Assembly (NCBI GenBank): GCA_964035545.1
Contig: OZ037767.1
Span: forward strand, 30,024,628-30,088,627
DNA length: 64,000 nt
Origin: Bugula neritina
Lineage: Eukaryota; Animalia; Bryozoa
Direction: 5' to 3'
The notes under the pieces were generated by a model. The model searched no databases. It was not told the DNA's origin and saw only the letters and a list, made by a program, of their open reading frames with translations. Shown piece after piece: positions 54,301-64,000 of the stretch; the first letter of the stretch is position 1; every line of letters begins with the position of its first letter. A program made the position numbers and the translations under genes.

Positions 54301-57300
54301 CAACTCATTAAATTTGACTCAAATTAAACTTGACAACTTTTCTAGACGTGATTTAGGAAAGCAGTGGTTTGACTTGCCGTCACTTTAGCTTAGAGTAACA
54401 AAGGTACACACATACTTTTTGACTAAGTACTCGATAACTTCTTCATGGTTGTAGGCTGTAGCTCTGTGAAGGGGCGTGGCTTGATTGGAATCAAACACAT
54501 TTATCCTAGCCTTGTGCTCTACCAGCTTCTTCACGATTCTAATATCACCTGAAGTTGCTGCCAGATGCAGGGGTGTAACATTATTCTGCCTGGGGGTGTT
54601 CACATTAGCATCTGAAGTCAAATAATTTCAGATCAAATGTTTAGAAAATTCTAAACTTTGTTTATTTATCCACAAACCTTTTATGGACCGTAGTTTACAT
54701 TATTCATGAAATATTAGAGCCAAGCCAACTTGTACTCATTTATAAAGACTTTACTATATTGCACAACGCAACAATCAACATTTTTGAATTCATATAACTT
54801 GCTAAGATAAAAAACTTCTGAATATTCCAGAAATATGTCTGTTCCATATTTTTTCTTTTGCATAAAATACGGCCACTTCTATGGCTACACGAGTGATAAC
54901 CCCCTCCTCCCCCCTCCCCCCTCCCCTCCCCTCCCCTTCCCTCCCCCTCCCCCGTAATATAGTCTCATCACCAGCTAGATCACACCTACATCCACTCTTC
55001 TCCAAGCAGATCTTCACCACCTCATAGTGTCCATTCTCAACAGCCAAATGGAGGGCAGTGTTTCCCTCACAATCAACATCAGTCCACATCTGAGTGTAGA
55101 GATAACATTGAAATACTTGGAAAATAGTCAAATATCATTGAAAACAAGACAGCATTTTGTTAAATTAGTAAAAAGCATATGAATTCACTGATATTAATTA
55201 ACAAGCAACAAATTGACCACATAAACTGGTAGCAACTCAACTAACTTTGTTTGCATCTTGACTTTTCGTTTCAGCTTTCTCCAAAAACATTCTCACAACA
55301 TCTGTGTTACCCTCTGTGGCTGCCATGTGTAAAGGAGTAAGATGCTCATTGTCGGCAGCTCTCAGATCCGCCCCTTTTAAAATTAGCAGTCGGCAGCATT
55401 CTTTGTTTGTATGAGTGGCAGCGAGGTGGAGGGCCGTCATCTTCTGTCTATCAACTGCCTATAAATTGAAAATATCTGATAAGTTGCAGAGAGCTATTTT
55501 GGAGAGCATTTGCAGATATTTGCTGTAGATATCAACTGCAAATATTATTTTCCGATATCAGCTACAGCTAATAATAGCAGAAAGTGATTGCAGATAACAG
55601 TCTGAAGCTGAAGATGTTAGGTTTTGACTTATGAATGGATAAAAAGGTTTAGGGGGGGAAACACATATGTTATTCTCTACTACTGCAACCCCTAAATCAA
55701 TTTGAATCCACCACTGCCAAACACTAATAACATGTGTTGAACTTTTTGTTTGTTTTAAAAAGAACGAAGTCAAACCAGTCAGTATCTCACAATACATTAG
55801 CCATCGTCACTGCAAGTTTTATATACTGTCCTCAACATTGTTTAAAGAAACAAGATTATTCACCTTTATATTGACATCTGGCATGCAGAGTAAGTCCAGA
55901 AGGGCTGTTTCATTTCCTCTCATAGCAGCAAAGTGTAGCGGTGTGCTGCCGTAGTTATCCCTAGCGTTTGGGTCAGCCCGCTTTCTTATTAGGAATGCTA
56001 TAAGATTGTCAGGTTTCACTCTGTGTGTAGAGAGATCCACAACATCTTTGGTAGATCCATTCTAAATTTCAAGAGATGAGTTTATATAAAAAGTCTACAT
56101 ATACGTTGACAAAATGCTGTACTCATAGTAACTGGCCCGGTACTGCTAGTAACTGAATCAGTACTGCTAGTAACTGGTCCGGTACTGCAAGTAACTGACC
56201 CGATACTGGCAGTAACTGGCCCGGTACTGGCAGTAACTGGCCCGGTACTGCTAGTAACTGGCCTGGTACTACTACTGATAGCAACTAAGCCAGCAACCAG
56301 TTCTAAATGTAGCTATGGAAGGACACAGTATACAGAAATCATAGAGCTAATTTAAACAAAATCAGTTCATTGCTTTATTATACCTCATTTGATTCAATAC
56401 TGGCGAGAGCTTACCATCACCATAATCAGTGGAATCCATTCTCTGATCAATGAGCAAATATATTATGGAGTAGCAGACAGCAGCCTAGAGAATATGTGCA
56501 GCAGAGTTAGCAATACTACGCCTAGCTAGCGTAGATGTGCAGCTGTAATACTACACCTAGCTAGCGTACATGTGAGGAGCTGTAATACTACACCTAGCTA
56601 GCGTACATGTGCAGCTGTAATACTACACCTAGCTAGCGTAGATGTGCAGCTGTAATACTACACCTAGCTAGCGTACATGTGAGGAGCTGTAATACTACAC
56701 CTAGCTAGCGTACATGTGAGGAGCTGTAATACTACACCTAGCTAGCGTAGATGTGCAGCTGTAATACTACACCTAGCTAGCGTACATGTGAGGAGCTGTA
56801 ATACTACACCTAGCTAGCGTACATGTGAGGAGCTGTAATACTACACCTAGCTAGCATACATGTGGAGCTGTAATACTACACCTAGTTAGCGTATATGTAG
56901 AGCTGAAGTAGAATTCATATAATACACCAACATTTTCCAGGAGGTTATTGATGTCGTGCATAGTTAGAATATACATGCTTGCCATGCAGGCTGAAATAGA
57001 CTGGTACTATTCATTAACAAGTTATGACTAATTACAAGGACAGTGTGTTGCTGTGAGTACATTGCACATAGTTTATAGCCTCAATATGCCACTCATGAGC
57101 TATCAGGTGTTACAGGTTGAGTGTTGCATGTTGGATGGATGGCGGTAACACGCAACAGTTGAGTAGTTAGTAAGAGCCATTGACTGTGAAATTAGAGGTT
57201 GACTTCAGATGCTCAGTTATCTAGGACTATTAAATTGCATAGCATTCTAGTGATAATTATAACACTTTATCTTATCAATTCAAAAAGCGTATGAAATAGT

Positions 57301-58897
57301 CCACCAGCAGCTTACTTCACTGTATGCAGCAAACAATAGACTGTGTTTACATCCTTAGATAATAAAATCTAGCAAAGGATGGCTGATTGTCTAACGCAGA
57401 TTGTGTGAATAACCATATTAGTTTTATTTATTATTCGATGTTAAGAATTTCTTATAAAACTGTTAAAAAAATAGATTTTGCCTATCAATCATCGAAAACA
57501 AAATCATTCAAGATCGATCAGCGAATTAAAAGTAATTTTAAAATCGATTAGCGAATCAGAAGCGCTTTTAAAACTACCTGCATGACTGGTTGGTTTTCTG
57601 TTTCCGAGCCTCCTGAATTGTTGTTTGCAGCAGTCTGAGTCTTTCTATATTTAGCAGCAAAATGCAGGGCAGTCTGATTATCATCGCCACGGCGATCAAC
57701 CCCTGAAATCATTTCATAACAGTAGGTGGCTGATTTTACACACACAAAATAATCATACAGTAGACTTAAAAAATCTTTCAATAGAAAGTTTTGCAGCCGA
57801 AACTTAGAGAATACCTGTGGAAATGCAGAGCTTCATAGAGATTTAATTAACGGCTTAGAGTAAAAACTGGAAAATTGGACAATACAACTTAACAAACACT
57901 ACAGAGAGAGAGAGGGGGGGAACTACAGTCACTCACTGGCTCCATTCTTCACAAGTATCTCTGCTATCTTAAAGTGATTATATCTGGCAGCATAATGCAG
58001 AGGAGTCATCTTATTGTCATCCCATTTGTTGATCATTCGTTTAACTCTGTCACCGAGGTGTGTGAGTAGAATCAGCAGACTCTCTTCATCTCCATCTCTA
58101 GCACACTGTAAACAGTATAATATGTAGAGATCTAGCACACTGTAAACAGTATACAACATGTTAGATATTCAGATACAGTAACTAAATGCTAATCCATACA
58201 ACTTGCTGTCATAAAAACATAAACAATGAAGCTGTCCATCAGTTTTAGCTTGCATGCATGTTTATATAATAAAAAGCCTAGTTGCTGTATTAGAGGTGAT
58301 AAAGCTGCATTCTCTGTTTTTAGCTCAGCTAGTCAGAGCTGATTGGTTAAGTATTTTGAACTCCCTTTAGCCAGATGTCCATCAGTTACAGCCAGTTCTT
58401 TTGTAAAGCACTTTATTCTGTGCATATTTAGCACATAGATATGCATGTATCTTGAAAAAAAATTCACTGCAAAATCTCAAGTGATTTTCATGTTAATAAT
58501 CTCATAAAGCTCAAGATTAAACTTGAAGATGCCAAACTTGAAATTTTAATTTTAACATTTAAAATGTAAACTTAAAAAAAGCCAAAGAAACTATTTCTGT
58601 GCAAGGTGCCCTACAACGATGCTTTGCTACTTGATTTGAAAATTGCAAGTATTCCCAGATAATTGATATATTCAATGATCAAAAAATAAATGCAATAAAC
58701 ACCTGGTGGAGGGTGGAGGTGAGAGCATCACTCTGTTCTGGTCTCTCATCTTGTCTGGGAGAAAGATCAGACATGGCAATGAGGTTTGGCTCAGGTGGGT
58801 CTGCCATATTTGAATATTCTGGTAGAGAATGTAGCTGTTCCCTGGAAGCAGAAGTAGAGTCAGACGTAGCGTAAACTTTGGATGACCTTCCTACCAT
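45304..58897 (-). CDS. TRPA1: TRPA1-like ankyrin-repeat cation channel, copy a (~25 exons; start codon uncertain, first recognisable coding exon begins at 58921)
   Basis: Long array of ankyrin repeats (TPLHYAA, TALHFAA, TPLHFAA, TALHLAA, TPLHLAC...); NHPLMIM; LLAHPLTTSLLRRKW; S1-S6 helices; pore MMIGEFEFDSIF; S6/TRP-like IIIMNLLVGLAVDDIKGVQEQAVLTRKGMQVELAL; C-terminal coiled coil; stop at 45304-45306. Confidence 0.93.
50975..51180 (-). repeat. 42-bp minisatellite (~4.5 copies) that copies the TRPA1 donor at 51171/51170
   Basis: On the - strand GGTCATAA|GTGAGTGTAGA recurs as GTCATAAGTAAGTGTAGATC. Confidence 0.9.
52638..53001. repeat. 23-bp minisatellite (GTATAGTATGTCACATGGTACAT, ~16 copies), TRPA1 intron
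   Basis: Directly visible. Confidence 0.94.
54900..54953 (-). other. G-run tract (potential G-quadruplex / intronic splicing enhancer) on the TRPA1 sense strand
   Basis: About ten G3-5 runs separated by 1-4 nt purine spacers, in an otherwise AT-rich intron. Confidence 0.6.
56128..56905. repeat. Two intronic minisatellites: 21-bp TAGTAACTGGCCCGGTACTGC (56128-56270) and 35/37-bp AGCTGTAATACTACACCTAGCTAGCGTACATGTG(C/AGG) (56510-56905)
   Basis: Directly visible. Confidence 0.92.
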
Positions 58898-60177
58898 AAC
58901 ATCAGCATTTTCATAGGTGGTCTACACGCAATAATACTATGGACCAGTACTAATAGGGCTGGACCTTGCTAGTACTGGTCCAACCTTATTAGTAGCAACC
59001 CCTGTAGTTGCTTAGTCTATATAAGCATGAGCTTCCCAACTTATAAATGTTACACTAGCATTGAATTAATGTTACTGATGGTTTTATATGCTTTATAATT
59101 TTATTACCACTTCTCTAAAGTTACCAGTTGCAGCAGCTTTCAATTGTCACCAGCACTCAATAAAGCAGAATGGTATACTAAGAGATTACTTTCCACCACA
59201 ACTAGTTACGCATATTGATATTTTTACATCCAAGTAAATTATTGTGAACCATATATAGCTAAAGCAAGTCTTCTATTTTCTAGTGAATTATCACATTTTT
59301 ACTAGAAGCCTTGGTGTTGCTATAATATGTAACTATTATAATAAGCATAGCTGAATTTAAGAAACAGCATTTGATAAGTAAACATCAAAAAGATGACAGG
59401 AAAAATTAAGATAAATCAGTAATCATAATGCAGACACAAAAATCTAAACTTTTACTTAAATATAAAAAACTTGCTAAATGATTCATGTGAGTTATGCTTT
59501 AAGATTAAATACTTTTACCCTTCTAATGAATAACTGTAAATCACTGTTCTAAACAGAAGCTACTATACTTAACTCTAATGTATATTATTATTATAAACTA
59601 TTCATGATTCATCTACATCATGGTTGTTAGCATTACCTTTGCTTTAGTGTTTAAAAGAGCAATACGTTTTTAGCGTAATGATTTAAGTAAAAATATTTTC
59701 TTCAGAAAATTTTTTTTGAAGGTCAAAGTTGCATAACAGCTAGTTTTCAAATAATATAATAACTGATCAAACATCAGTATTACCTTAATTATATAAATTA
59801 ACTTATAAATTCATGTGATCATCATAATTATCATAGTATTGATTATCACTTAAATTATCTAATAGTGATTACAATTGTCATTGTGATTGCTGTTGTCAAA
59901 AGTATGAGTATGAGTGTGAATATCATTATGCTAGATTTATGCTTATCACACCATCTATATAAGTTGAGACGCCTAGCCTGAAGTTATAAGCAAAATAGAG
60001 AAACAACAAATTGATTTTGGAACTTCTCTTATAAATTTTAGTGCTAGTGATCCACTTTATAAGTTTAAAATTTATATACATACACGGAGATATGTAAATA
60101 CTACAACGTAATTGCATGTAATATGTAATATTATAAATACACTAATCTCTACTTGCATCCATACAGCACACGCCTAC

Positions 60178-60320
60178 CTGAATCAAATGCGACACATTAA
60201 TTATTAACAGTACTGTCAGGGTAGGTATTGTTATCTTGTCCAGCCCATTGAATTGTAACTCTAAAGTTTTAGTTCATTGGTCCAGCCTTCTGCTGCGAGT
60301 AGGCGTGGTTTTAATTTATA
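60178..60320 (-). promoter_or_regulatory. Putative TATA box and non-coding first exon of TRPA1 copy a
   Basis: TATAAA on the - strand (60315-60320), a GC-richer stretch downstream and a CAG|GTAGGC donor at 60178/60177; three short uORFs and no in-frame ATG. Confidence 0.35.
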
Positions 60321-60996
60321 ATGAAAAGATAACTCTCTAACTTGGTTTTCAGCTGTTGAAGTTACATTAGTTAGTTAATTGATAATACCGTTTACCATAT
60401 ATGAGAATGAAAAGTTGATCTATGTAACAAATTATTAGCATAGCAAATAAAATACAGTGTTTAAGTACATGTCTGTTGTTTCACTGATTAATTTATATCC
60501 TTTTATTTAAGTAGACACCACTTAAAATATACAGCTGAACTACTGGGAAATAGATAACATGCATTAAGTAAAAATGATAAAAGTCCGATTTGACAAAAAT
60601 TACAGATTTCATATAAGAATTTGGCCAAATTTACTCCATAATGATGCCTTTCCAGCTTAAAAATTATGTAAACACTCCTAAAAATGATGTTGCAGAAAAT
60701 GAAAAACACACTATAGAAATATTAAGGTTGTAAAAATGAAACTTCATAAAAAGAAAATATCACAGAGTTTTAGTAGTAGGGCAGGGCTAATAGGCAAACT
60801 GCTATCAAAAACACGAGATTCAAGGCAGATCTCAAACGTGTTTTACGAAAAGATCTCATTCATAAACTTTAGAATGTTGATTCAAGTAGAAATGCGCTGA
60901 ATTAAAGTCAAGAAAATACAAAATCTCAGTTATAACATAATATAGAGTGCCGTAGGCATGGAGGTTATGGTTAACTTTATGAGAGGTTAGGGTAAA

Positions 60997-62715
<1,719 letters not shown>

Positions 62716-62773
62716 AGGGTAAATGAAGAAGCTAAGTTATTTGTCAAAGTAGATGGAGTGAGTAAACATCAGG

Positions 62774-64000
62774 CTATCTGTTGAAAACTGTGCCAAGGTC
62801 AAGGTTATCATCGTCAGCATGATCAACATCAGTGAAGTCAATGTTGTTGTGAGTGAGAAGAGCTTGCAGCTGTAACAATAATAGTACAATAATTATACTA
62901 TCAATATTGCATAACAATTTCAATAATTATAGGCATATTGTACCTAAAAGCGTACTTAAATGAATTTGGAGCACTGTGACGTAAACATTTAGTAACATAT
63001 GCCCACATAAAAAATATAATATAAACAATTGAAATGACTTAACATGACTTAACCAGCAAACGTCATTTGCCGGTAAATCAAATACTGGTGTATCAAATAA
63101 TATATTTAAAGTAATATATAGAAATAGCTAAAAAGCCCACGACTCATTTTGAGAGTAAAAGACAACTCCAACATACCATAGTTTCCATTCTCTCATTCTG
63201 TGAAAGAAGTTCCTTAGTTCTTGTGTTCACTTTACTGAGTTGAGTTTTGAGACGTTCTTGTTCTTCCATCACCTTCTCAATGTCGTCCTGTAATAGCAAT
63301 ACTAGACTACAATAGTCCTAGAACACTAGACAACACGTATAACTCATCAAATATAGCCCTATATTACTAGACAGCATTTAGAGCTCATCAAATATAGCCC
63401 TTTATTACTAGACAACATGCATAACTTATTTAATATAGCCGTGTAATACTAAACAGCCAGTAGAAATTAATCAATATGATAGTAGAATACTACAATACTC
63501 TTCAACAGAGCATAGCATAATTTCTAGCCACCTCCTCTCATGTTAAACAAACTCTCTCTTTAAGCACTGCAGATTAAAGATTACAGTCTGAACTCTGAAG
63601 ATATATCAACAACTCTACTAGAGTGCTTAGCCACAGTACCAATAAATTTAAAAAGCAGCACACGAGAAGGCCGGATTGGCACCCTTTCTGTACTAACAGG
63701 AATCAAAGCGCCTGATAAGAATGCCTGCGACTATTCAACCGTAAAATCTTTAATAAGTGGACAAGTGCCTTAGAAAAAAACTGTAAACTTACAAATTCAA
63801 AGTATTGAAGCAAATGCTATTGTTTAATGAGTATAAGAGAAACTACTGACTTATAGCAAATAAAAAATGTACAACCATGCTGAAATGCTGATGAGATGTG
63901 AATGTATCGCACCAGTTCAGGGTTGAGCGCTGTCACCAGATCCATAGAGCTCATACCAGACACAACAGCGCCAGCTCCTCCTGCACAGCACTTCCTGGAA
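62774..64000 (-). CDS. TRPA1: TRPA1-like channel, copy b, last three exons only (62774-62869, 63177-63287, 63913->64000)
   Basis: ...DLVTALNPEL / DDIEKVMEEQERLKTQLSKVNTRTKELLSQNERMETM / LQALLTHNNIDFTDVDHADDDNLDLGTVFNR*; the last two exons are nearly identical to those of copy a and have intact splice sites. Confidence 0.88.

Noticed and set aside
56385-56443. Exon-like segment (RMDSTDYGDGKLSPVLNQM) in a TRPA1 intron
   Set aside because: Its available donors give phase 1 or 2, whereas the flanking exons join 0-0. It cannot be included in frame, though a poison exon is not excluded.
56510-56905. CRISPR-like appearance of the 35-37-bp repeats (also the 28-bp and 34-bp arrays)
   Set aside because: Units are head-to-tail with no unique spacers, the context is eukaryotic introns, and there are no cas genes.

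Overview
AT-rich, intron-rich eukaryotic DNA. The gene content (TRPA1, an outer-dynein-arm docking subunit, TMEM272-like genes) points to a metazoan, probably an invertebrate. All gene models were spliced by hand from GT-AG sites and phase continuity. Order: three tandem, highly diverged TMEM272-like 4-TM genes, two with a visible PPxY motif (+, 1-13202); mitochondrial Lon protease LONP1 (-, 13779-26472), whose largest intron hosts a complete 6-exon antisense gene for a 345-aa Q/N/S/P/Y-rich protein (+, 18917-21733); ER alpha-1,2-mannosidase MAN1B1 (+), which has lost both cysteines of the conserved GH47 disulfide; PRIM1 (-), head-to-head with an ODAD1/CCDC114-CCDC63 gene (+) that carries RFX X-boxes; a full TRPA1-like channel (-); a 1.7-kb non-autonomous foldback DNA transposon with 25-bp TIRs and an 8-bp TSD; and the 3' end of a second TRPA1 paralog. 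The most striking window-wide pattern is that at least 11 intronic tandem repeats or duplications copy the exon-intron junction itself, giving arrays of up to ~30 decoy splice sites.
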